In this document: positions 46,040 to 54,309 of the stretch, piece after piece
Position numbering within the stretch: the first letter of the stretch is position 1
Layout of the letters: each line of letters starts with the position of its first letter
DNA from: an uncultured Chloroflexia bacterium
GTDB taxonomy: Bacteria > Chloroflexota > Limnocylindria > Limnocylindrales > CSP1-4
DNA length: 64,000 bases
Direction of reading: 5' to 3'
Assembly (NCBI GenBank): GCA_963746855.1
Contig: CAVVDC010000015.1
Location: 55,295-119,294, forward strand
Notes under the pieces: generated by a model
Told to the model about the DNA's origin: nothing
The model's database searches: none
Seen by the model: only the letters and a program-made list of their open reading frames with translations
Translations under genes and position numbers: made by a program

Positions 46040-46744
46040 TCAGGCGCTCGCCGCAGAGCTCGGACCGCGACCAGCGCGACCGGTGGGTCGCCCGAGCGCG
46101 GTCTCCAGCGCGGACACGTAGTCCGCCTCGGGCGGCCGGTGTGCGGTCACGGCCGCCGCCTGCTCGAGCGCCGCCGGCGGCTCGAAGCGCAGGTGCCCGT
46201 AGTAGCTGGCAGTGCCGTAGATCATCGCGTACCAGGCCCCGGTGAGATGGCTGATCCGCTTGAGCGCCGCGACCGGCAGGTAGCCGTACGCCGCCTGGGT
46301 CGCCTCGAGGATCTGCAGCATCCGGGCCGGATCGTGGTCGTGCTCCTCGAGGACGGCGTCCACGAGCGCGAGGTCGACCGGCGTGAAGGGGACAAAGGCG
46401 GGATCAGGGACGGTGCGCCCGGAGCGCCGGAGCGCCGATTCCTCGCGCCGCTCGCCGTAGGTCTCCGGGGCGCCCCAGTGGACGTGATAGCGGCCGCGCG
46501 TGTCGATGCCGCCCATGTCGATGCACTCGATCGGGCAGGCCTGGGCACACTGGAAGCAGGTCTCGCACTTGAGCGTGCCCCACTCGTCGTATAGCAGCTG
46601 GAGGCGGCCGCGGAACTTGCCCGGGACGTCGAGGCGGACCTCGGGATACATCACCGTGACCTTCGGTTCGAAGAACCGGCGCAAGGTCAGGCTCATGCCC
46701 TTGACGATGCCGAGGCCGGGAACCAGGCCGGACAGGAAGCTCAT
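46040..46744 (-). CDS. Chimeric subunit: NuoI N-terminal half (single 4Fe-4S motif) fused to a NuoE-like N-terminal helical domain without the [2Fe-2S] part
   Basis: aa 1-90: LRRFFEPKVTVMYPE...KFRGRLQLL...KCETCFQCAQACPIECID (NuoI-like). aa ~120-190: VDAVLEEHDHDPARMLQILEATQAAYGYLPVAALKRISHLTGAWYAMIYGTASYYGHLRFEP (NuoE/24-kDa N-terminal-like). No further Cys. ATG 46744 overlaps the nuoH stop (ATGA). Confidence 0.75.
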   Translation of the reverse strand: MSFLSGLVPGLGIVKGMSLTLRRFFEPKVTVMYPEVRLDVPGKFRGRLQLLYDEWGTLKCETCFQCAQACPIECIDMGGIDTRGRYHVHWGAPETYGERREESALRRSGRTVPDPAFVPFTPVDLALVDAVLEEHDHDPARMLQILEATQAAYGYLPVAALKRISHLTGAWYAMIYGTASYYGHLRFEPPAALEQAAAVTAHRPPEADYVSALETALGRPTGRAGRGPSSAASA

Positions 46745-48096
46745 GTCCCGGACCGCAGCGACGTGAACACGACGATGGCCGTCGCCGTGACGAACAGGTT
46801 CAGCAGCGACGCCGGCAGCAACCACTTCCAGGCGAAGTCCATCAACTGGTCGATCCGGACCCGCGGCAGCGTCCCACGCATCCAGACGAAGGTGAACACG
46901 AACACGTACGTCTTGCCCATGAACCACACGATCCCGGCGACCCAGTCGAGGCCGATGTAGGCCCAGGCGCCGATGAGCGCCATGATGAAGAGATTGGCGA
47001 GGACGAATCCGATGACCAGCGCCTGCCAGCCCTTGATCCGGGAACTCGCGATCCAGACCGGTGCGGCGAAGACGAGGGTCAGGACGAGCGGCACGATCGC
47101 CACGAGGAGCAGCAGTCCGATCCCAAGCGAACCCGGGTCGAACCCGACGGTCACGGGCCACGGCCACGGGAACGGCGCGTTCCAACCGCCGAGGAAGAGC
47201 GTGACGAAGAGCGCCGAGACGATGAACACGTTCACGTATTCGGCGAAGAAGAAGAAGCCGAAGCGCATCCCGGAGTACTCGGTCGCGAAGCCCGCGACGA
47301 TCTCCGAGTCCGCCTCGGTCAGGTCGAACGGGGTCCGGTTCGCTTCGGCGGTCGCCGCGATGAAGAAGATCAGCGCCCCCAGCGGCTGCTGGAAGACGTA
47401 CCAGTCGGTGAACCAGCCGGACTGGTTCTGGACGATCTGGTTGAGGCTCATCGTCCCGGCGAGGAGGATGAGCCCGACGACCGACAGCGTCAGCGGGATC
47501 TCGTAGGAGACGACCTGGGCCGCGGCCCGCAGGCCGCCGAGCAGCGAGTACTTGTTGTAGCTGGACCAGCCGGCCATCAGCAGGCCGACGACGGACAGGC
47601 CACCGATGGCGAAGAAGTACAGCAGCCCGAGGTTCAGGTCCTGCCCGAAGAGCCCCGGCGCGAACGGGATGACCAGCAGGCTCATGACGCTCGCCAGGTA
47701 CACGACGACCGGCGCCCAGGTGAAGACGATCGGATCGGCCCCGGTCGGGGTGAAGTCCTCCTTCATCAGGACCTTCAGGCCGTGCACCACCGACAGCAGC
47801 GACCCGAACGGGCCCACCCGATCCGGCCCGATCCGAAGGTTCATCAGCGCGATGACCTTCATCTCCATGTAGATGATCAGGAACGCGGTCGGGATCGTGA
47901 TCAGCAGGATGACCGTCGCCGCGACCACGAACCGGACGATCGGCAGGTTGTCGGCCAGGATGTCGATGACGGTCGGGCCGAGGAACACGATGGCCGCGAC
48001 CGAACCGACGGTCAGCGCGATCAACAGCGGCACGACCGTGAACACGATCTTGCCCGGCACCGTCAGCCGGTTCCAACTTTTGGCGATCACGGTCAC
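46741..48096 (-). CDS. nuoH: NADH-quinone oxidoreductase subunit H (with ~45-aa N-terminal extension)
   Basis: MEMKVIALMNLRIGPDRVGPFGSLLSVVHGLKVLMKEDF...NRTPFDLTEADSEIVAGFATEYSGMRFGFFFFAEY. Confidence 0.92.
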   Translation of the reverse strand: MTVIAKSWNRLTVPGKIVFTVVPLLIALTVGSVAAIVFLGPTVIDILADNLPIVRFVVAATVILLITIPTAFLIIYMEMKVIALMNLRIGPDRVGPFGSLLSVVHGLKVLMKEDFTPTGADPIVFTWAPVVVYLASVMSLLVIPFAPGLFGQDLNLGLLYFFAIGGLSVVGLLMAGWSSYNKYSLLGGLRAAAQVVSYEIPLTLSVVGLILLAGTMSLNQIVQNQSGWFTDWYVFQQPLGALIFFIAATAEANRTPFDLTEADSEIVAGFATEYSGMRFGFFFFAEYVNVFIVSALFVTLFLGGWNAPFPWPWPVTVGFDPGSLGIGLLLLVAIVPLVLTLVFAAPVWIASSRIKGWQALVIGFVLANLFIMALIGAWAYIGLDWVAGIVWFMGKTYVFVFTFVWMRGTLPRVRIDQLMDFAWKWLLPASLLNLFVTATAIVVFTSLRSGT

Positions 48097-48133
48097 GTCG
48101 AACTGCCTTGCGCGCCGTCGGACGAGAGGGCCG

Positions 48134-49354
48134 TCACTTGTCGACGCCTCCCATGATCGGGTCCAGGCTGGCCATGACGGCCATGGTGTCGGCGATCAAG
48201 TGCCCGGGCATCATCAGGCCGACGGCCTGGAGGTGGATGAACGAGGGGTCGTGGATACGCATCCGGAACGGCTGGTCGGTGCCGTCGCTCACGACATAGG
48301 CGGCGTACTGGCCGCGCGGTCCTTCCACCGCCGCGTACGCCCTGCCGGGCCGCGGCCGCAGGAGCCGCGGCAGCTTGGCCATGATCGGGCCGTCGGGCAT
48401 CTGGTGGAGGCATTGGTCGATGATGCGCAGGCTCTGCTTGATCTCATCCATCCGGAGCAGGTAACGCGCCAGGCAGTCGCCCTCCGTCCGGGTCGGGATG
48501 TCGAACTCGAGCTCCGGGAAGACGCTATACGGATGCGCCCGCCGGACGTCGAACGGCACGCCCGTCGCCCGCAGGTTCGGGCCCGTCATCGCCATCCGGA
48601 GTGCCGCGGGCGAGTCGATGACGCCGAGTCCGCGCATCCGGCGCACGAAGATCTCGTTCTCGTTGAGCAGCGCGTTGCCGGCTTCGATCTGCTCGGTCGC
48701 GTGGCTCATCCAGTCGCCGAGCCGGCTCAGGAACTCGTGGTTGAGGTCGCCGTTGACGCCGCCGATGCGCATGTAGTTGAAGAGCATCCGCTGGCCCGTC
48801 AGGGACGCGAGCATGTCGACGATCTCGTCGCGCTCGATGAACGACCACAGGATCGGTGTCAGGCCGCCCAGGTCCAGGGCCATCCAGCCGAGGAAGAGGG
48901 CGTGGCTGGCGATCCGGTTGAGCTCGGTGGCCAGGACGCGGATGTACTCCGCCCGGCGCGGCACTTGGACGTCGAGCAGCTTCTCGAACGCCAGGACGCC
49001 CGGCCACTCGCAGTAGAGCGAGCTGACGTACTCGAGCGGGTCCAGGTAGCAGATCGCCTGGTGGTAGTCCGCGTTCTCGCACAGCTTCTCGACGCCCCGG
49101 TGGAGGTAGCCCAGGACCGGGTCGAGGTCGACGACCTTCTCGCCGTCGAGCTTGAGCACGACCCGCAGGACGCCGTGGGTGGACGGGTGCTGCGGGCCCA
49201 TGTTGATGAGCATCTGGCCGTCGCCGAGGGTGTAGAACTCGGCCTCGCGCTCCGTGCGTGGCGGATACGGCGGGACCGGCTCGAAGACGCCCAGGTCGCG
49301 GTCGAGGGTGACGCGCGGGTCGTCGGAGGGCGGCCGGTCGGTGGTGGTCGTCAT
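48134..49354 (-). CDS. nuoD: NADH-quinone oxidoreductase subunit D
   Basis: NMGPQHPSTHGVLRVVLKLDGEKV...LGYLHRGVEKLCE...ERYLLRMDE; 406 aa. Confidence 0.93.
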   Translation of the reverse strand: MTTTTDRPPSDDPRVTLDRDLGVFEPVPPYPPRTEREAEFYTLGDGQMLINMGPQHPSTHGVLRVVLKLDGEKVVDLDPVLGYLHRGVEKLCENADYHQAICYLDPLEYVSSLYCEWPGVLAFEKLLDVQVPRRAEYIRVLATELNRIASHALFLGWMALDLGGLTPILWSFIERDEIVDMLASLTGQRMLFNYMRIGGVNGDLNHEFLSRLGDWMSHATEQIEAGNALLNENEIFVRRMRGLGVIDSPAALRMAMTGPNLRATGVPFDVRRAHPYSVFPELEFDIPTRTEGDCLARYLLRMDEIKQSLRIIDQCLHQMPDGPIMAKLPRLLRPRPGRAYAAVEGPRGQYAAYVVSDGTDQPFRMRIHDPSFIHLQAVGLMMPGHLIADTMAVMASLDPIMGGVDK

Positions 49355-49370
49355 CGTCGAAGGGCCTCGG

Positions 49371-49919
49371 TCAGTTCGTTCCCCGGCGGATCAGCGCCGT
49401 GCTCGCCACCGCGGGTGGCGTATGCGTCCGCTCCATCGGGCGGACGCCGCCGCCCGGCGATCGGGCGGCGTCATCGGGCAGGTAGAAGTCCTTGCGGAGC
49501 GGGAAGCTCTGGTAGTCGGGCGGCATGTATATGCGGCGCAGGTCGCGGTTGCCCTCGAACGTGATCCCGAACATGTCGTAGGCCTCGCGCTCCATCCACT
49601 CGGCGCCCTTCCACAGGAAGGTGGCCGACGGCACGCGGGGATCCTCGCGCGACAGGCCGTCGGCGATGACCCGGAGCCAGTCGGGCGTCGTCTCGCTCCA
49701 CAGGTGGTAGACGACCTGCATGACCACCCCGGTGTCGACCCCGGCGAGGTCCGCGAGGAACTCGAAGTGGAAGGCCGGCTCATCGTGGAGCGCGGTGAGG
49801 ACCGGCACGACATCGCCCGGCGCGATGCGGATCTCGGTCTCGTCGTGGCGCTGGCGCACGGGACCCGTCAGCTGGTCGGCGAAGCGAGCCTCCAGGCGCT
49901 CCTTGAACCGTCGGTCCAC
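49371..49919 (-). CDS. nuoC: NADH-quinone oxidoreductase subunit C
   Basis: FEFLADLAGVD...VVYHL...WKGAEWMEREAYDMFGITFEGNRDLRRI. GTG 49919 lies directly after the nuoB stop. The track extension to 50177 is out of frame over nuoB. Confidence 0.85.
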   Translation of the reverse strand: MDRRFKERLEARFADQLTGPVRQRHDETEIRIAPGDVVPVLTALHDEPAFHFEFLADLAGVDTGVVMQVVYHLWSETTPDWLRVIADGLSREDPRVPSATFLWKGAEWMEREAYDMFGITFEGNRDLRRIYMPPDYQSFPLRKDFYLPDDAARSPGGGVRPMERTHTPPAVASTALIRRGTN

Positions 49920-49921
49920 GA

Positions 49922-50659
49922 TCAGACGTCCTGCGGCACGGTCGGCCCGATCGCCCGGTCCGGCCAATGGCCGCGGCGATCCTTGACCAGCTGCTGGAGC
50001 TTCATCATCCCGTAGATGAGGCCCTCGGGTCGGGGCGGGCAACCGGGCACGTAGACGTCGACGGGCATGACCCGGTCGATGCCCTCGACCGTCGAATAGC
50101 TGCGTTTGTACCGGCCGCCCGAACAGGTGCAGTCGCCGAGGGCGACACACCACTTCGGCTCGGGCATCTGCTCCCACAGCCGGACGAGCGGTCCAGCCAT
50201 CTTGGTCGTCAGCGTGCCCGCGACGATGAGCACGTCGGCCTGGCGCGGGCTGGCCCGGAACGGGAACATGCCCCAGCGATCCATGTCGTTCTTGGAGGTC
50301 GCGGTGGACATCATCTCGATGGCGCAGCAGGCCAGCCCCGACAGCAGCGGCCAGAGGCTGTTCATCCGGATCAGGTCGAGGACGTAGTCCGCCTTCGTCG
50401 GGATGACCTCGAGGAACCCGCCCCAGCGCGCATCGTCGCGCCGGCCGAGCCCGCTGGCCTCGAACTCGCGCAGGTGGGTGATGTCGCTCTCGCGCCCGCC
50501 CTCGTAGGCGGCCGGGTCGGCTGCCTGCCAGAGCGTGTTCGGGACGACGATCGGCGCCAGGACCGCACGATCGCGATCCGTGGTCGTGAGGGCATCGGCG
50601 GCGGGCTCGTCCTTGGCCGCGCGGCCCTTGGGCGTGCCGGTCCCCGGCGTCACCGCCAT
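49922..50659 (-). CDS. nuoB: NADH-quinone oxidoreductase subunit B (extended N-terminus)
   Basis: N2-cluster ligands are present: GLACCAIEMM, ALGDCTCSGG, VPGCPPRPE. Confidence 0.92.
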   Translation of the reverse strand: MAVTPGTGTPKGRAAKDEPAADALTTTDRDRAVLAPIVVPNTLWQAADPAAYEGGRESDITHLREFEASGLGRRDDARWGGFLEVIPTKADYVLDLIRMNSLWPLLSGLACCAIEMMSTATSKNDMDRWGMFPFRASPRQADVLIVAGTLTTKMAGPLVRLWEQMPEPKWCVALGDCTCSGGRYKRSYSTVEGIDRVMPVDVYVPGCPPRPEGLIYGMMKLQQLVKDRRGHWPDRAIGPTVPQDV

Positions 50660-51006
50660 GTCAGGGCTCCCTTCCGCCAGGCGTAGGCCAGCCCCAGCAG
50701 GAGGATCGCCACGAAGATGAGCATGCTCACCAGGCCGCCCAGGAGCAGGTCGCGGAACACGAGGGCCCAGAGGTAGATGAACACGACCTCGATGTCGAAC
50801 GCGACGAACAACAGGGCGTAGATGTAGAACGACAGGCCGAACCGGCCGTGCGTGTCACCGTACGTGTCGATGCCGGATTCGTAGGGCAGGCCCTTGTGCT
50901 CGTCGCCGCGGTTCCGATGCGAGATCAGCCAGGCGGCGCCGAACGTCACGAACACGAACGAGACGCCCGCGAAGGCAAAGCCCACGACGTACCAGATGCC
51001 GGTCAA
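50650..51006 (-). CDS. nuoA: NADH-quinone oxidoreductase subunit A
   Basis: 118 aa, three TM helices: YESGIDTYGDTHGRFGLSFYIYALLFVAFDIEVVFIYLWA. Confidence 0.9.
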   Translation of the reverse strand: MTGIWYVVGFAFAGVSFVFVTFGAAWLISHRNRGDEHKGLPYESGIDTYGDTHGRFGLSFYIYALLFVAFDIEVVFIYLWALVFRDLLLGGLVSMLIFVAILLLGLAYAWRKGALTWR

Positions 51007-51200
51007 CCGAACTCCCTTCGGGACGACGAGCGGGAGGGCCGTCGTCGCTGTTGGAGACCCCTTGGCGAGCGGGCAGGCACACCCACAAGGGGCGCGCCGG
51101 CGCCCACGTCATTCTAGCAGTGGACGCCGTGCCGAAGCGCTCGCTCGGCCCGGGACGGGGAGGGGTCGGAAGGGACACCGGCGGCCGTGAAGGACGCGTC

Positions 51201-51249
51201 GGGGAGCGGCGCGCGCCGAGCGCGCGTGCAGGTTCGCGCGCCGCTCCCC
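51201..51249 (-). terminator. Strong GC hairpin between the MidA-like gene and the nuo promoter region
   Basis: A perfect 15-bp inverted repeat, GGGGAGCGGCGCGCG (51201-51215) and CGCGCGCCGCTCCCC (51235-51249), with a 19-nt loop. It lies about 70 nt downstream of the stop at 51322. No U-tract, so terminator function is inferred only. Confidence 0.45.
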
Positions 51250-51321
51250 GTCAGGTCGTGCCCGACCATGGCGAAGCGTGCGCGACGCCGCGGATGGGCG
51301 GCAATAGGTACATCGCCGTAG

Positions 51322-52569
51322 TCAGGCGCGGTCCTGGGGGGTCTCCCGCGAGGCATCTTGCGATGCCCGCGTCGCGCGCATCGGGAGCCGGAAGTCGAGC
51401 GCTGCGAGCGGCGGGCCGGCTGGCCAGTCGCGCCCGAAGGCCATCACCCGGAAGCGACCCATCGCGGCCGGGTCGAGCAGCCGCATCAACGCGGATCGGA
51501 CCTCGAGGTACGCCTCGAGCGACGTGGCCGGGTCCGCCTGGATGGCGCGCAGCAGCTCGTCGGTGCCGGCCCCGACGAGGAACTCGGCCTGGGTCGTCGT
51601 GGCGAGGTGGGCGAGCCCCATTCTGGCTGCGGCCCGCTCCACGGCCGTGACATCGACATGAGCCGTGAGGTCCTGCCGACCGACATGCCGGTATGGGTCG
51701 TCGTGGACACGGTGGCGGACATATGCCCGCAGCGTGCCGTCGCGCCGGCGGACCGGGTCGTAGAGGTCGGTCGCGGCGTGGCCGTAGTCGATGAGCAGCA
51801 GCATGCCGCGGCCAAGACCCGCGGCCGCGTCGGCGACCCAGCGGTCGATCGCCAGGCAGATCTCCGCCGTTTGGCCGTCGACGAGTTCGATCCCCTCCGA
51901 GATGAGGCGGTCGGCGAGCGCCGTCGTCGTCGGTTCGATCTCGACCTCGACGAACCGCTCGTCATCGAGGCCGACCGCGAGTTCGACCAGGGCTTCGCCT
52001 CGACGCCGGACCCGATGGACCGGGAGCGCGTCGAGGACCTCGTTGGCCAGGACCGACCCGACGATCGGCGCGTCACGCTCGTCCGTGGCGAGGAAGACGT
52101 CGTCGAAGCCGGCCTCGGCCAGTCGGGAGGCGATGGCGTCGATGCGTCGGGCTTCGATGTCGATCGGGTCGTAGCGCAGGGCGTTCGCCAACCCCGACCC
52201 GTCACGCCGGAGGCCATCGAGGACGGCCAGTGCCAGGGCCCCCTCGCCGGCGCCGTACTCGCGCAGGAGGAACCGGCCGGGCTCGCCGAGACGGCGCCAG
52301 GTCTCGTCGAGCACCCGGGCCACGGCCCGCCCGAAGATCGGATGCGCTTCGGGCGCCGTCAGGAAGTCGCCCGCCCGGCCGGGCCGAGGCTCGGTGCCGC
52401 GGTAGTAGCCGCCGTCCAGGTCGTAGAGCGCGAGGTCCATGAACCGCGCGAAGGGCATCGGACCGTCACGCCGGATCTCGTCGCGGATCCGGGCCGTCAG
52501 GGCCTCGTCCTCGCCGATCGCGTCGAGGTCCGGGGCCGGCTCGCGACGCAGCCCCGGGGTCATCTCCAT
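51322..52569 (-). CDS. MidA/NDUFAF7-like (DUF185) SAM-dependent methyltransferase
   Basis: GPMPFARFMDLALYDLDGGYY...GDFLTAPEAHPIFGRAVA...LREYGAGEGALA...VLANEVLDALPVHR. Start ATG 52569 overlaps the upstream stop (TGATG). An alternative ATG lies at 52563. Confidence 0.8.
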   Translation of the reverse strand: MEMTPGLRREPAPDLDAIGEDEALTARIRDEIRRDGPMPFARFMDLALYDLDGGYYRGTEPRPGRAGDFLTAPEAHPIFGRAVARVLDETWRRLGEPGRFLLREYGAGEGALALAVLDGLRRDGSGLANALRYDPIDIEARRIDAIASRLAEAGFDDVFLATDERDAPIVGSVLANEVLDALPVHRVRRRGEALVELAVGLDDERFVEVEIEPTTTALADRLISEGIELVDGQTAEICLAIDRWVADAAAGLGRGMLLLIDYGHAATDLYDPVRRRDGTLRAYVRHRVHDDPYRHVGRQDLTAHVDVTAVERAAARMGLAHLATTTQAEFLVGAGTDELLRAIQADPATSLEAYLEVRSALMRLLDPAAMGRFRVMAFGRDWPAGPPLAALDFRLPMRATRASQDASRETPQDRA

Positions 52570-53639
52570 CAGGCGTCGCCGCGGGTTCGGCGTCGGCGTC
52601 CGACTACCAGCCGCACGCCCGGGCCGACGAGCGTGTGGCCGCCGAGGAGGACCGGGATCGGGGCGGCGAGGGCCGAAGCCGTCAGGGCGCGAAGCCACGG
52701 ATCGGTGACGCGGTCCGGGATGAGCAGGTCGGAGGCGTAGCGATCCTCCGCGCTCGGCCAGGTCGCCGCATCCGCCCCGAACCGATGGGCCAGCAGCACC
52801 CGGCTGTCGACGAGCGCCGCGTCGCCGAGTCGGGCGAGGTGGTCGCCCAGAGACCCGGGTCCGTCGCGCTCGAGCAGGGCGCCCAGGATGGACGCCGCGG
52901 GGCGCTGCCCGTCGATCGCGGTCCGCATCCCGCGCTCCTCGATCAGGGCCCGCGTCCGTGAGGCGGTCCGCCGCTCCAGCCAGAGGATGCTCCGGGCGGA
53001 TGTCCGCCCCGCGACAAGCAACTCGGCCGACGGGTCGGCCGCCGTCCGACGGATTGCCTCGACGCGTTGCGAGACCGGCCCGAGGTCGATGCCGGCGTCG
53101 TGACCCGCGGCGCCATCGATGTCGCCGATCAGGACGACATCGAGCGGGCCATCGATGTCGATCGCGAGGCGCCAGCGCCGGCGCAGGTCGCCGACCGCGT
53201 ACCCGGCGACCTCGTCGAGCCAGCGCGGCAGGGCGTTGTCGCCGGTCAGGCCCGGCACGTCCGCGAGTGCCTCGGTCGCACGGGCGATCGCGACGACGTC
53301 CGCCGAGTAGCGATTGTTCGCGAGGGCCCGCCGATCCGCGGACGCGGCGACCGCGACGAACTCGCCTCGGTCCGTGGCGCTGGCCAGCGGGATGGCCCCG
53401 GAACCGAGGATGACGAGGCCGGCCGGGCGCTCGGCACGGACCAGCTCTCGGAGCCGGGTCCCGAACGGTGTATCGTCGGGCGGCCCGGCGACGACCCGGA
53501 CATCGTCCGCGCCGGCCGCCTGGAACCCGACCCGGTGACGCTCCGCCACGATCGCCCGTGCGGCCGCGACCCAGCGCTCGATGGGACCGGCGGACGGGCC
53601 CGGCTCCGGGTGCAGGATTCGGACGGCGACCGGGGGCAT
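52569..53639 (-). CDS. Hypothetical protein (weak GT-A/DUF2064-like nucleotidyltransferase-fold resemblance in the N-terminal half)
   Basis: 356-aa ORF with protein-like composition, translationally coupled to the MidA-like gene. PFGTRLRELV...GLVILGSGAIPLAS loosely resembles MobA/DUF2064 proteins. No firm motif identified. Confidence 0.5.
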   Translation of the reverse strand: MPPVAVRILHPEPGPSAGPIERWVAAARAIVAERHRVGFQAAGADDVRVVAGPPDDTPFGTRLRELVRAERPAGLVILGSGAIPLASATDRGEFVAVAASADRRALANNRYSADVVAIARATEALADVPGLTGDNALPRWLDEVAGYAVGDLRRRWRLAIDIDGPLDVVLIGDIDGAAGHDAGIDLGPVSQRVEAIRRTAADPSAELLVAGRTSARSILWLERRTASRTRALIEERGMRTAIDGQRPAASILGALLERDGPGSLGDHLARLGDAALVDSRVLLAHRFGADAATWPSAEDRYASDLLIPDRVTDPWLRALTASALAAPIPVLLGGHTLVGPGVRLVVGRRRRTRGDA

Positions 53640-53673
53640 GCCCGCGAGTCTAGCCGTCGCCGTCGGAGGAGCC

Positions 53674-54309
53674 GTGACCGCGAACCGCGCCCGCCGCGTC
53701 CGTGCCTACATCGGCCTCGGGGCGAACATCGGCGACGCCGAGGCGACGCTCGCCGACGCGGTCCGATCGCTCGCCACGATGCCGGGCGCTCGCCTCCGCG
53801 GTGTCTCGCGCCTCTACGCGACCACCCCGGTCGGCGTCACGGACCAGCCAGCGTTCCGCAATGCGGTCGTCACGCTCGACGTTCCGGCCGGCCCCGACCC
53901 GGCGACCGGCGCGACCGACCTGCTCGTCGCGCTCAAGGATCTCGAACGCGGGTTCGGCCGGCGGCGGCGCGAACGCTGGGGCCCGCGCGAGCTCGACCTC
54001 GACATCCTGCTGTTCGGTCGCGCGCGACTCGCCATCGAGCGGCCGCCGGACGGTCGCTCGCTCGACGCGGCGAACGACCCGGCGAAGGCCTCGAAGCTCC
54101 TTGAGGTGCCCCATCCCGAGGCCCACCACCGGCTGTTCGTCCTGGCCCCGCTGGCCGACCTGGCGCCCGGCCTGCGGCCGCCGGGATGGGGCGAGACCGT
54201 CGAGACGGCCCGGCGGCGACAGGCGGGCATCGAAGGTCCCGACGCGGCCCGCCCGATCGGTGCCTGGGACGCGTCCGGCGGCCGCTGGCGGGCGGATCAG
54301 CCGAGGTAG
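53674..54309 (+). CDS. folK: 2-amino-4-hydroxy-6-hydroxymethyldihydropteridine pyrophosphokinase (HPPK)
   Basis: RAYIGLGANIGD...VSRLYATTPVG...QPAFRNAVV...RWGPRELDLDILLFG...LEVPHPEAHHRLFVLAPL. The start is uncertain: GTG 53674 was chosen, and ATG 53638 is also in frame. Confidence 0.85.
   Translation: MTANRARRVRAYIGLGANIGDAEATLADAVRSLATMPGARLRGVSRLYATTPVGVTDQPAFRNAVVTLDVPAGPDPATGATDLLVALKDLERGFGRRRRERWGPRELDLDILLFGRARLAIERPPDGRSLDAANDPAKASKLLEVPHPEAHHRLFVLAPLADLAPGLRPPGWGETVETARRRQAGIEGPDAARPIGAWDASGGRWRADQPR

Noticed and set aside
46040-46500. Frameshift or pseudogene explanation for the missing second 4Fe-4S motif of NuoI
   Set aside because: No clustered Cys codons (gca/aca on the plus strand) occur in any minus-strand frame of this interval. 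The reading frame instead continues into a coherent NuoE-like domain. A NuoI-like second motif is found intact at the end of the 874-aa gene. A sequencing error cannot be fully excluded without reads.
53637-53640. CATG where the divergent hypothetical gene (ATG 53639) and a possible folK ATG (53638) would share start-codon bases
   Set aside because: folK more plausibly starts at GTG 53674, close to the conserved VRAYIGLG N-terminus. The overlap is therefore probably coincidental.
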